Part shown: piece by piece, positions 8,295 to 17,172 of the stretch | Layout of the letters: each line of letters begins with the position of its first letter | How positions within the stretch are numbered: position 1 is the stretch's first letter | Source of the DNA: an uncultured Acidobacteriota bacterium | GTDB lineage: Bacteria > Acidobacteriota > Vicinamibacteria > Vicinamibacterales > UBA2999 | NCBI GenBank assembly: GCA_963846425.1 | Contig: CAWJVW010000005.1 | Location: 2,843,732-2,907,731 of the forward strand | Direction: 5' to 3' | Length of the DNA: 64,000 bases | Position numbers and translations under genes: made by a program | The notes under the pieces: model-generated | What the model saw: the letters and a program-made list of their open reading frames with translations, nothing else | Database searches by the model: none | What the model was told of the DNA's origin: nothing

Positions 8295-9682
8295 CACACC
8301 CAGCGACGATTCTTCTCGTCGAGGACAAGGACTCGCTGCGTACCATGCTGCGTCTCGCCCTCGAGGCGCACGGGCATCAGGTGGTCGAGGCAAAGGACCA
8401 ACCCGACGCAGTGGAGCGGCTCAGGGACAGCGCTCCGGCCGTGGTGCTCTCCGATCTGCGTTTGCCCAAAGGAGACGGTCTCGGCGTCCTGAAGGCGGCC
8501 AAAGACACTGATCCCGAGTTGCCAGTCATCGTGATGACCGCGTTCGGAGGCATCCAGGATGCAGTGCAGGCGATGAAGGCCGGCGCGATGGACTTTCTAG
8601 CCAAGCCGGTCGACCCGGTGCACCTGCTGTTGCTGGTGGATCGCGCGCTTGCACAGCGGCGGCTGATGAGCGAAAACGTGCTCCTCAAAGAGGAGCTGGC
8701 CCAACGACGCGGCGCCCCGACGATCATCGGCGAAGCGGTGGCGATGAAGCGCGTTTCACAGGCCGTTCAACGTGCGGCTCGGGCCGATACCACTGTTTTG
8801 CTCGAAGGCGAGAGCGGCACTGGGAAGGAGCTGTTTGCGCGTGCTGTTCATTCGCTCAGCACGCGCTCGAACGCACCGTTCGTAGCCATCAACTGCGCTG
8901 CAATCCCGGACATGCTGCTTGAAGCGGAGCTTTTCGGGTATGAAAAGGGTGCCTTCACGGGCGCCACTCAACGCAAGCTCGGAAAGTTCGAGCTCGCGCA
9001 TCGAGGTACGCTGTTCCTCGATGAGATCGGCGAATTGCCCATGGCGCTACAGGGCAAGATTCTGCGCGCCCTGGAGGACCGCACGTTCGATCGACTCGGT
9101 AGCACCTCGACGGTGAAGGTCGACGTTCGGCTCGTCGCCGCCACGAATCGTCATTTGAAGCAAGCGGTCGCTGATCGCCAATTCAGGGAAGATTTGTATT
9201 TTCGCCTGTCAGTGTTTCCGATAACTGTGCCGCCGCTGCGGGAACGTAAGGACGACATTCCAATTCTTGCGCGGCACTTCGTCGAGAAACACAGTCGCGA
9301 GCTCGGCAAACCTATTCTGACGATCTCCACGGCCGCCCATGACGCGCTTCAGTCGTACCGCTGGCCTGGAAACGTGCGCGAGCTCCAGAATTGCCTCGAA
9401 CGCGCCGTTATTCTGACGGAGGGTGACACAATCCATCCGGCGCATCTCAACCTCAATGCGGAAAGCTTGTCGCCGGTCTCACACTCTTTCGCCGGGGTGG
9501 ATTTGGCCGGCCCGCTGGCGGACGTGACGGCACGGGCTGTTGCGGAAGTCGAGCGGCAGGCTATCCAACGGTCGCTTCGGGAGGCCAACGGGGATGTCGT
9601 GCGCGCTGCGCATCAACTGCAGATTGGTCACCAGGCACTGCTCGAGAAGATGCGGGCGCTCGGACTTTCTACGCCTTCCTGA
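8291..9682 (+). CDS. Sigma54-dependent response regulator (NtrC/PilR family)
   Basis: REC domain (ILLVEDKDSLR...), AAA+ activator motifs GESGTGKE and GAFTGA, C-terminal Fis-type HTH. GTG 8291 overlaps the upstream stop (GTGA). Confidence 0.9.
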   Translation: MTHPATILLVEDKDSLRTMLRLALEAHGHQVVEAKDQPDAVERLRDSAPAVVLSDLRLPKGDGLGVLKAAKDTDPELPVIVMTAFGGIQDAVQAMKAGAMDFLAKPVDPVHLLLLVDRALAQRRLMSENVLLKEELAQRRGAPTIIGEAVAMKRVSQAVQRAARADTTVLLEGESGTGKELFARAVHSLSTRSNAPFVAINCAAIPDMLLEAELFGYEKGAFTGATQRKLGKFELAHRGTLFLDEIGELPMALQGKILRALEDRTFDRLGSTSTVKVDVRLVAATNRHLKQAVADRQFREDLYFRLSVFPITVPPLRERKDDIPILARHFVEKHSRELGKPILTISTAAHDALQSYRWPGNVRELQNCLERAVILTEGDTIHPAHLNLNAESLSPVSHSFAGVDLAGPLADVTARAVAEVERQAIQRSLREANGDVVRAAHQLQIGHQALLEKMRALGLSTPS

Positions 9683-10757
9683 TTCCGATCGCCTTCATTG
9701 CGCCTTTGAGCTCTTTGGTCGTGACGTCCTTGAGTGTCGTGGTTGCACCAATCGTCGTCGCCGCGATGAAGTGGAGCTCTCCCTCAACAATTTTCTTGTC
9801 GTGACCGATCGCGCCAACGAGATCTTTCGCCGACAGATCGACGACCGGCGGTAGGGGACCGAGCATTGCGATGAGATCAGCGACGCGCCGGTACGCATCA
9901 GCCGGCGTCACTCCACGGTTTGCGCCCAGCGCCATGGCTGCGAGGATCCCGTAGGCGACGGCTTCGCCGTGCAAGAATCGTCGATACCTGGTCACTGCCT
10001 CGATCGCATGTCCCACCGTGTGTCCAAAGTTCAGAACGCGTCGGATTCCGGACTCGCGCTCGTCGGCCGACACGATCTCGGCTTTGATGCGGCATGATTC
10101 CGCAACGACTGCAGTCATCGTGTCGAGATCGCGTCCGAATAGCGCGGGCAGGAATGCGCTTACGCGATCGAACAATGACGGGCTCGCAATGATCCCGTAC
10201 TTGATCACTTCATAGAGGCCGGCACGAAACTCGCGGCGCGGCAGCGTGGCGAGCACTGTCTGATCCGCGAGTACGAGGCAGGGCGCATGAAACGCGCCGA
10301 TCAGGTTCTTTCCGAGGGCATGATTCACGCCCGTCTTGCCGCCAACAGCACTGTCGACCTGGGCCATCAGCGTGGTGGGCACGTGCACGAGGCGCAAGCC
10401 ACGCAGATATGTCGCCGCTGCGAAGCCAACCATATCGCCAATTACGCCGCCACCGGCAGCAATCACAACCGTCGATCGATCGGCTCCCATCTGAATCAAG
10501 GAGTCGTAAATCCGTGCGACGGTGGCCGTCGTCTTGAAGCGTTCGCCGTCGGGCACGAGAATCGGTTGGCGTTCGGTCGACACCTTGCGGAACCGTCCGC
10601 CGTGCAGTTGCCACACGAGCGGGCTCGACACGAGCACGCGACGCGGTCCCAGTCCGGACTGATCGAGCAGACGTGGCAGCGTGGCCACACTGTCAGGGCC
10701 GATGATGATGGGATAGGAACCGGCTGCGGTTGTGACTTCGATACGAGTCGGCGGCAT
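9669..10757 (-). CDS. aroB: 3-dehydroquinate synthase
   Basis: GGGVIGDMVGFAAATYLRG and metal-binding HG/HAIE motifs. Start taken at ATG 10757 (MPPTRIEV...); the track ORF to 10904 is an over-extension. 14-nt convergent overlap with the regulator gene. Confidence 0.9.
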   Translation of the reverse strand: MPPTRIEVTTAAGSYPIIIGPDSVATLPRLLDQSGLGPRRVLVSSPLVWQLHGGRFRKVSTERQPILVPDGERFKTTATVARIYDSLIQMGADRSTVVIAAGGGVIGDMVGFAAATYLRGLRLVHVPTTLMAQVDSAVGGKTGVNHALGKNLIGAFHAPCLVLADQTVLATLPRREFRAGLYEVIKYGIIASPSLFDRVSAFLPALFGRDLDTMTAVVAESCRIKAEIVSADERESGIRRVLNFGHTVGHAIEAVTRYRRFLHGEAVAYGILAAMALGANRGVTPADAYRRVADLIAMLGPLPPVVDLSAKDLVGAIGHDKKIVEGELHFIAATTIGATTTLKDVTTKELKGAMKAIGIRKA

Positions 10758-10782
10758 GGAGCAGGTGGTAGCATAGCCGACG

Positions 10783-12348
10783 GTGCACGGCGAGGCGGAC
10801 TTCCTCATTGTGGGCAGCGGCATTGCCGGTCTGCGCGCTGCCACCGACCTCGCTCGACATGGCCGTGTCACCATCCTCACGAAAGGTAATCCGGAGGAAA
10901 GCAATACTGGCTATGCGCAGGGCGGCATTGCTGCCGCAGTGGGCGCGGACGATTCTCCCGAAGAACATTTCGCCGACACGATGTCAGCCGGCGACGGACT
11001 CTGCGACGAAGACGCGGTGCGCGTCATGGTCGAGGACGGTGTGACCTACGTGCAGCAATTGCTCGACTGGGGCGCAGCGTTCGATCGCGACGCTGCCGGG
11101 CAACTTTCGCTCGGACGCGAGGGCGCGCATCGCGTGCGCCGCGTGTTGCATGCACGTGACGCCACCGGACGGGAACTCGGCAGGCTCCTGTGGTCGCGCG
11201 TGGCCGGCAACTCACGGGTCCGCGTGCTCAATCATGCGCGGGTGTTTGCCTTGATCGTTCGTGATAGCCGCTGTGCCGGCGCTCAGTATGTGGTCGCCTC
11301 GCACACCGATGTCGTCGAAGCGAAAGCTGTGCTGCTGGCGACAGGCGGCGCCGGGCAGGTATTCAGCGAAACCACCAATCCGTCGATTGCGACCGGTGAC
11401 GGAATCGCGTTGGCTTGGCGCGCTGGCGCTCGCGTTGCAGACCTCGAGTTCGTGCAGTTTCATCCAACGGCGCTCGCTGTTGACGGCGCCCCACGCTTTC
11501 TGCTGTCTGAGGCGCTGCGCGGTGAGGGCGCGCATCTGCTGAACAACAGGGGCGAGCGCTTCATGTCGCGATACCACAGGCTGGGTGAACTGGCCTCGCG
11601 TGATCTCGTATCGCGTGCGATCGTCCGCGAAGCAGCGGACACCGGCGGCCCGGTGTTTCTGTCGATGGGGCATCTCGACGCGGCCTGGGTGCGCGAGCGG
11701 TTCCCGACCATTGCCGCCGCGTGTCAGTCCGCGGGGCTCGACCTCGCACGCGACTTGGTTCCGGTCGGTCCCGCCGCGCATTACGTCATGGGAGGAGTAG
11801 AGACTGACATTTGGGGGCGCACAACCGTGCCCGGACTTTACGCAGCCGGTGAGGTGGCATGTACCGGAGTCCACGGCGCCAACCGGCTTGCGAGCAATTC
11901 GTTGCTGGAGGGTCTGGTGTTTGGTGCACGCGCCGCCAAAGCGATGCTGGACCCGCCACGCGAAGGCGGCATGTCGAACGTGCGCATCGTTGCGGAGGAC
12001 AGAGAGTCCGCCGCGACGCCGGTCTTGTCACGCCAACCCGTCGACGGCCCTTGGATTGACAAAACCATCCGATCCCTGATGTGGGAGGCAGTCGGCGTGA
12101 CGCGTCATGGCGGCACTCTTAACGCCGCGGTGCAGAAGCTGCGAGGGCTGCACCATCATTTTGAGCGCGTGGCCGCTCAATTTCCCGCAGATGAACTGTC
12201 GGCGCGGGCTTCGAGCCTCGGATCCGTCGGATGGCTCATGGCAAAGGCTGCGCTGCGTCGGGAAGAGTCGCGTGGCGCACATTTCCGCACCGACTTCCCA
12301 GCCAAAGACGATCTAAACTGGAAGATTCACGTCGCAGAAAATCGCTGA
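10783..12348 (+). CDS. nadB: L-aspartate oxidase
   Basis: FAD-binding DFLIVGSGIAGL, succinate dehydrogenase/fumarate reductase flavoprotein-like core, C-terminal ESRGAHFRTDFP. Confidence 0.9.
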   Translation: MHGEADFLIVGSGIAGLRAATDLARHGRVTILTKGNPEESNTGYAQGGIAAAVGADDSPEEHFADTMSAGDGLCDEDAVRVMVEDGVTYVQQLLDWGAAFDRDAAGQLSLGREGAHRVRRVLHARDATGRELGRLLWSRVAGNSRVRVLNHARVFALIVRDSRCAGAQYVVASHTDVVEAKAVLLATGGAGQVFSETTNPSIATGDGIALAWRAGARVADLEFVQFHPTALAVDGAPRFLLSEALRGEGAHLLNNRGERFMSRYHRLGELASRDLVSRAIVREAADTGGPVFLSMGHLDAAWVRERFPTIAAACQSAGLDLARDLVPVGPAAHYVMGGVETDIWGRTTVPGLYAAGEVACTGVHGANRLASNSLLEGLVFGARAAKAMLDPPREGGMSNVRIVAEDRESAATPVLSRQPVDGPWIDKTIRSLMWEAVGVTRHGGTLNAAVQKLRGLHHHFERVAAQFPADELSARASSLGSVGWLMAKAALRREESRGAHFRTDFPAKDDLNWKIHVAENR

Positions 12349-12413
12349 TTGAGCGACTGGCGACGTTTTGGGGCGCAGAAACTGCAAATAGACCCGACCC
12401 CTTTGTGGAAAAC

Positions 12414-13871
12414 ATGGCTGACATGAAGGCTCAGGACGCGTTCGTCACGGAAATTACTCCACAGTCCGACGATTTCTCGCGGTGGTACCTCGACGTCGTG
12501 CGCAAGGCGGAGCTCGCGGATTATTCGCCGGTCAAAGGCTGCATGGTCATTCGGCCTTACGGCTACGCGATCTGGGAGCACATCCAGCGGCAGCTTGACG
12601 ATCGCTTCAAGGCCACCGGCCATGTCAACGCGTACTTTCCGCTCTTCATTCCCGAAAGCCTCCTGAGGCGCGAGGCGGAGCATGTCGAAGGCTTCGCGCC
12701 ACAAGTTGCGTGGGTGACCAAAGGTGGAACCGAAGAGCTCGAGGAAAAGCTGATCATCCGTCCGACCTCCGAGACGATCTTCGGCGTGATGTATCAAAAG
12801 TGGATTCAGTCCTGGCGGGACCTGCCCATGCTCATCAACCAATGGGCCAATGTCGTGCGATGGGAAAAGGTGACGCGCCCCTTCCTGCGTACGACAGAGT
12901 TCCTGTGGCAAGAAGGACACACCGCTCACGAAACCGCCGACGAGGCGCAGGAAGAGACGCTCAAAATCCTGAATCTGTATACGGAGTTTTGCGAGAACGT
13001 CCTGGCCATGCCTGTGATACAGGGCCAGAAGAGCGAAACTGAAAAGTTTGCCGGCGCTGCGAAGACCTACTCGATCGAAGCGTTAGTGCGTGACGGCCGG
13101 GCGATGCAGGCTGGCACGTCACACAACCTGGGGCAGAACTTTGCGAAGGCGTTCGAGATTCAGTTCCAGGGCCGCGACAAGACGCTGCAGTACGTCTGGA
13201 CGACGTCCTGGGGGGTGTCCACGAGACTGGTTGGCGGCCTGATCATGACGCACGGCGATGACAGCGGACTGGTCCTCCCACCCATGGTCGCGCCATGGCA
13301 GGTGGTCATCGTGCCGATTCCACGGGGCAACTGGAAGGAAACGGTGCTTCCCAAGTGTGAGGAGATTCGGAGCGAGCTGGTCGCCGCCGGCGTGCGCGTG
13401 CGTCTCGACGCCGACGAAAGTCAGACACCGGGTTGGAAGTTCTCCGAGTACGAAATGCGCGGCGTGCCGCTGCGACTGGAAATCGGTCCGAAAGACATCG
13501 AGAAAAATGCCGTGTTCGCGGCGCGCCGCGATACGCGTGCGAAACAGTCACTGCCGATGGAGGGGATCGCCGATCGGGTCAGGCAGCTGTTAGCTGAGAT
13601 CCAGGTGTCGCTGTTGTCGAAGGCCCGCGCGTTCCGGGAGGACCACACCAGCCGCACGAGCAGCTATGACGAGTTCAAACAGATCATGGACGGCCGTCCC
13701 GGCTTCGTCATCTCGCCGTGGTGCGAGTCGCCACAGTGCGAGGCTGAGGTGAAAGCGGAAACGCAGGCCACCATCCGCAATATTCCCTTCAACCAGGGAA
13801 CGCCTACGGATCCCTGTATCAAGTGCGGGAAACCGGCCACGATGTACGCCTGGTTCGCGAAAGCGTATTAG
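12414..13871 (+). CDS. proS: Prolyl-tRNA synthetase (archaeal/eukaryote-like type, no insertion domain)
   Basis: Start ATG 12414 (MADMKAQDAFVTEITPQSDDFSRWY...). Class II motifs, C-terminal Zn-binding region ending ...WFAKAY. Confidence 0.9.
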   Translation: MADMKAQDAFVTEITPQSDDFSRWYLDVVRKAELADYSPVKGCMVIRPYGYAIWEHIQRQLDDRFKATGHVNAYFPLFIPESLLRREAEHVEGFAPQVAWVTKGGTEELEEKLIIRPTSETIFGVMYQKWIQSWRDLPMLINQWANVVRWEKVTRPFLRTTEFLWQEGHTAHETADEAQEETLKILNLYTEFCENVLAMPVIQGQKSETEKFAGAAKTYSIEALVRDGRAMQAGTSHNLGQNFAKAFEIQFQGRDKTLQYVWTTSWGVSTRLVGGLIMTHGDDSGLVLPPMVAPWQVVIVPIPRGNWKETVLPKCEEIRSELVAAGVRVRLDADESQTPGWKFSEYEMRGVPLRLEIGPKDIEKNAVFAARRDTRAKQSLPMEGIADRVRQLLAEIQVSLLSKARAFREDHTSRTSSYDEFKQIMDGRPGFVISPWCESPQCEAEVKAETQATIRNIPFNQGTPTDPCIKCGKPATMYAWFAKAY

Positions 13872-13914
13872 GGCAGGTAGGCCAAGTAGGGCGGGTGGGG
13901 CGGGGTAATAGGGC
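13871..13914. repeat. 9-nt-period degenerate tandem repeat (GGTAGG/GGCGGG type)
   Basis: ggcaggtag gccaagtag ggcgggtgg ggcggggta, immediately after the proS stop. Confidence 0.6.
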
Positions 13915-13928
13915 TAGTTTGAAAAACG

Positions 13929-13959
13929 AAGGGCGGCCGGTGCTTACCGGCCGCCCTTT
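13929..13959. terminator. Bidirectional intrinsic-terminator-like hairpin between convergent proS and the OmpA-family gene
   Basis: GGGCGGCCGG-tgctta-CCGGCCGCCC: perfect 10-bp GC stem flanked by AA (5') and TTT (3'). Confidence 0.6.
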
Positions 13960-13987
13960 AGTGTTTGCCGTTAGTCGGTTCGAAACG

Positions 13988-15673
13988 TTACTGCAACCTC
14001 ACGGTCAGAGCCGCACGGCGATTCAGCCGGCGCGTCTCTTCGCGCGAGTTGTCGTGCTTCGGACGCTCTTCGCCGTAGCTCACCGTGCTGAGCCGATCGG
14101 CGCCAATCCCGCGGCTGACCAGGTACTCGCGAACCGCGTTGCTGCGCCGCTCCCCAAGTGCCAGGTTGTATTCGGTCGTGCCGATGTTGCAGGTGTGGCC
14201 TTCCAGCGTGAGCCGGAGTGAGGTGTCGGCCTGCATCGCCTTTACGGCCTCGTCGAGGATGCGCGTCGCTTCAGGTCGCAGCGAGTAGCGATCGAAGTCG
14301 AAATGGACGTCTTCGAACGTGTATTCCTTCCGAGCCGGTGCCACGCACTGAATCGTGATCGTATCGCTCGCCGTTCCGCCCTTGCCGTCGTTGACCGTCA
14401 CGGTGACTGGCACCGAGCCTGGCGTTGCCGGGCACGTGAAGATCGTCTGACGCTCGGCCGGGTTCGCGAAGCTGCCGGTGGGCGCGCTCCACTTGTAGGA
14501 GAGCACGTCGCCATCGGGGTCAGAGGCGTCTGCGGTCACAGTGGACGTCCGGCCCACCTCGACCACGCACGGCTCGCAACGCGCCTTGACCGTCGGCGGT
14601 CGATTCACTACCGGCGGTGGTGGCGGAGGCGGCGGCGGAGGCGCTGGCGCCACGTAGATGCGCACGCCAGGGTGATACCCAATGCGTACCTGATTGCCCC
14701 AGCGGTCGAAGGTCTTTGGCTTGCTGAATGACGCACCAGGCACATCACTGCGGTTCGTCGTATTGAGGCCGTACGACGCGCCGTACCCGATGAAGAATCC
14801 ATTGGGGTGCTGATAAGTCAGTCCCAGGATGAAATCCGCCGGCGAGTCCACTTGCCACGAGGCCGGGGTTCCGTCGGCCGTCACCCCGGTGAACACGATC
14901 TCGTCATCAAAGTACATTTCGCCGGTGAGCTCGGTCGTGACACGGAGACGGCTGCGGCTTGGAAAGCCGGCACCTACACCCCAACGGAACCCATTACTCA
15001 GCTCGTACTGGTCCGGGTCAGCGCGGTACATGAAGCCACCGAACCCTGACAGTTCCACATTGCGCGCCGCTTCGCCGCTGATGATGGCATCGGCCAGGAA
15101 ATCAAACTTCCCGGTGCCGAGCCCTTCATCCGTGTCGGATGTGGGAATTTTCGCGATCGCGCGAATCGCGAACGCCGCCGGTTGCTGACGATACGGTGCC
15201 GTGATGTTGAACTTCGCGCCGAGTCGCACATCCCCAAACCCTGTTTGCCACTGCTGCCACACGAAGGGCTCGTCCATGGGCGTGCCCCCGGATCGCACGG
15301 GCCGTCGATCGGCATCGATCCGGCGCTGCGCGTCGATGCTGCCGAACAACTCGACGTGATCCGAGGCGCCGAATGCAAACGTGCCACGGAAGTTCGAAAT
15401 ATCAGTGAAGGCTTCGGTGCGGTCCCAGTTGACCCGGTACGCGCTCACAGACCACCGGCCCTTCGGCAATACCTCACCAGTGGGGACATACCAAAGGCCA
15501 GTGTCACCGAAGACCGTTGTAGTGGCCGGGCGGGTCGCCGAATCGTCGGGCGGCGGTTGTTGAGTACTCTGGGGCTGTTGAGCACTCTTGTTACCCGGCG
15601 TCTGCGCCCACGCGGGCGACGAGAACAGGGCGCAAAGCACCATGCCCGTGGCCAGCCGGCGATAAAGTCTCAT
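13988..15673 (-). CDS. OmpA-family outer-membrane protein (barrel-like N-domain, poly-Pro linker, Ig/PKD-like domain, OmpA_C)
   Basis: Start ATG 15673 with GGAGG about 10 nt upstream. Signal peptide MRLYRRLATGMVLCALFSSPAWA. Run of 10 Pro. DPDGDVLSYKWSAPTG Ig-like segment. C-terminal OmpA peptidoglycan-binding motif (GHTCNIGTTEYNLALGERRSNAV...NRR). Confidence 0.85.
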   Translation of the reverse strand: MRLYRRLATGMVLCALFSSPAWAQTPGNKSAQQPQSTQQPPPDDSATRPATTTVFGDTGLWYVPTGEVLPKGRWSVSAYRVNWDRTEAFTDISNFRGTFAFGASDHVELFGSIDAQRRIDADRRPVRSGGTPMDEPFVWQQWQTGFGDVRLGAKFNITAPYRQQPAAFAIRAIAKIPTSDTDEGLGTGKFDFLADAIISGEAARNVELSGFGGFMYRADPDQYELSNGFRWGVGAGFPSRSRLRVTTELTGEMYFDDEIVFTGVTADGTPASWQVDSPADFILGLTYQHPNGFFIGYGASYGLNTTNRSDVPGASFSKPKTFDRWGNQVRIGYHPGVRIYVAPAPPPPPPPPPPVVNRPPTVKARCEPCVVEVGRTSTVTADASDPDGDVLSYKWSAPTGSFANPAERQTIFTCPATPGSVPVTVTVNDGKGGTASDTITIQCVAPARKEYTFEDVHFDFDRYSLRPEATRILDEAVKAMQADTSLRLTLEGHTCNIGTTEYNLALGERRSNAVREYLVSRGIGADRLSTVSYGEERPKHDNSREETRRLNRRAALTVRLQ

Positions 15674-15722
15674 AAAGGACCAACCTCCACAGGAAAACGG
15701 GCGGAGCGATCGCACAACTGTC

Positions 15723-15751
15723 ATGGTAGGACCGCTACCGCCGGAAGTCAA
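15723..15751 (-). promoter_or_regulatory. Candidate sigma70-type promoter for the OmpA-family gene
   Basis: Minus-strand TTGACT-17 nt-TACCAT, about 45 nt upstream of the start codon. Confidence 0.35.
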
Positions 15752-15819
15752 ACTTAGCCATAAGTCAGTTTCGTGACGTTCTGGGCGACGCTGTGCAACA
15801 TCCGAGCCGAATTCGCACC

Positions 15820-16698
15820 TCAGCCGTTCGATTCGTCGTCGCGCGACTGTTTGCCGAAGACCCAGACAACCCCGATGCTGAGGAGATACAGCGCAATCAT
15901 CGATCCCGCCATGATCACCTGCGGGACGATGCTGGCGTCGGGTGTCACGATGGCCGCAATAATGAAGATGATTAGAACGGCGTACTTGAAATTCCGTGCA
16001 AGAAACCTCGGCGTCACCAGCCCGAAACGTGCAAGTACGAACATCAACATCGGTAACTGAAACACGAGACCCATGGCGAGCAGGAGCTTGACGTAAAGCG
16101 ACCACACCGGCTCGACCCGCGGCATGAACGACAGCGCCTCGTTAGAGAAGCTCGCAAAAAACTGCCAGGCGAACGGGAAGAGGATGTAGTGCGAGAACGC
16201 CGCGCCGCTCACGAACAGGGCCGACGCAAAGAAGACAAACGGGACAGCCAACCGCTTTTCGTTCGCGTACAAACCGGGCGCGATGAACAACCACACCTGA
16301 TACATCACGTACGGTGAGGCGATGAGCAGCCCCGCAATCGCCGCCATCTTGATGTACAGAAAGAAGGCTTCGCCGGGCTCTGTATAGATCAACTCTCCGC
16401 CAGGAATGTCGGCGGTGAGCCGCGCGAAGACGAAACTCCAGATCCGATCGATGAAGCCGAATGCGATGAGGAATCCAACGAGCAGCGCCGCCACGGCGTG
16501 TGTAATGCGCTTGCGTAGTTCGTCGAGGTGTTCGAGAAACGTCATCCGCCCTTCGGGCGGCTCGTCATCCTCAGGATCTCCACCGACCAACGGAGCGGTA
16601 GTGACGGGCGGAGGGCTGTTCACACGATAGGGCGTGACATCGCTTTGTTCGGGCTCGGGTTCCGGTGCAGCCGATCCGGGGAACGGTACAAGGGCCAT
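15820..16698 (-). CDS. tatC: Twin-arginine translocase subunit TatC
   Basis: MTFLEHLDELRKRI... core with 6 TM segments. Start uncertain: ATG 16698 chosen, 20 nt after the tatA stop; ATG 16764 is the alternative. Confidence 0.85.
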   Translation of the reverse strand: MALVPFPGSAAPEPEPEQSDVTPYRVNSPPPVTTAPLVGGDPEDDEPPEGRMTFLEHLDELRKRITHAVAALLVGFLIAFGFIDRIWSFVFARLTADIPGGELIYTEPGEAFFLYIKMAAIAGLLIASPYVMYQVWLFIAPGLYANEKRLAVPFVFFASALFVSGAAFSHYILFPFAWQFFASFSNEALSFMPRVEPVWSLYVKLLLAMGLVFQLPMLMFVLARFGLVTPRFLARNFKYAVLIIFIIAAIVTPDASIVPQVIMAGSMIALYLLSIGVVWVFGKQSRDDESNG

Positions 16699-16717
16699 CA
16701 GTCGACGCGTATCGCGG

Positions 16718-16996
16718 CTATTGGCGGTCGTCGTCCGCGCGTGGGACGGACGCGCCGGAGTCAACCCCGGGTGGCTCAGAGGACACGTCCTCCCGCTCCT
16801 TCACCTGCTTCTCTTTCTGCTCTTCGAGCCGGATTTCCTGCTCGAGGGTGTTTTGAAGGTCGGTGGACGCCCGCTTGAATTCGTTGAGACTTCGACCGAG
16901 GGACTTGCCGAGCTCGGGCAGCTTCCGCGGGCCAAAAATGATGAGCGCGATCACCAAAATGATGATCAGCTCGGGCATGCCGATGGAACCAAACAT
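16718..16996 (-). CDS. tatA: Twin-arginine translocase subunit TatA/E
   Basis: [34 protein letters not shown]: canonical TatA TM plus amphipathic helix. GAGGAG RBS 8 nt upstream. Confidence 0.85.
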   Translation of the reverse strand: MFGSIGMPELIIILVIALIIFGPRKLPELGKSLGRSLNEFKRASTDLQNTLEQEIRLEEQKEKQVKEREDVSSEPPGVDSGASVPRADDDRQ

Positions 16997-17074
16997 GGAA
17001 CGCGCTCCTCAAAGCGAAAACCGCGCCGGCGCCCCCGCTCCAACCGGTGCGACTGCCCGGCAGTCTAATAGTGC

Positions 17075-17104
17075 AGTATAGAAACCGCTTTGGTCAGCGG
17101 TCAA
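17075..17104 (-). promoter_or_regulatory. Candidate sigma70-type promoter for tatA-tatC
   Basis: Minus-strand TTGACC-18 nt-TATACT, about 80 nt upstream of the tatA ATG. Confidence 0.4.
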
Positions 17105-17136
17105 GGCATTCGACCCTGCGAAATCCCCGGAAATCG

Positions 17137-17166
17137 TTGCCGGAACAGGTTTTATTCTGTTAGCAT
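17137..17166 (+). promoter_or_regulatory. Candidate promoter giving a leaderless S41-protease mRNA
   Basis: TTGCCG-18 nt-TAGCAT, with only 6 nt between the -10 and ATG 17173. No Shine-Dalgarno sequence. Confidence 0.3.
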
Positions 17167-17172
17167 TAAACA

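Noticed and set aside
12349-12413. Looked for T-box or riboswitch-like leaders upstream of proS and asnS, and for a tRNA upstream of rimP
   Set aside because: The spacers are too short or are occupied by the repeat elements. No conserved leader motifs were recognisable by eye.
15674-16105. N-terminal over-extensions of track ORFs. Here the first 144 aa of the OmpA-family ORF; likewise 1857-2315, 3373-3963, 9669-10904 (last 49 codons), 12231-12413, 18841-18918, 24805-24936, 31018-31167, 45886-45996, 56811-57077
   Set aside because: The extensions overlap upstream genes or spacers and are Arg-rich or otherwise non-protein-like. Internal starts give canonical N-termini, signal peptides, RBSs or stop/start overlaps.
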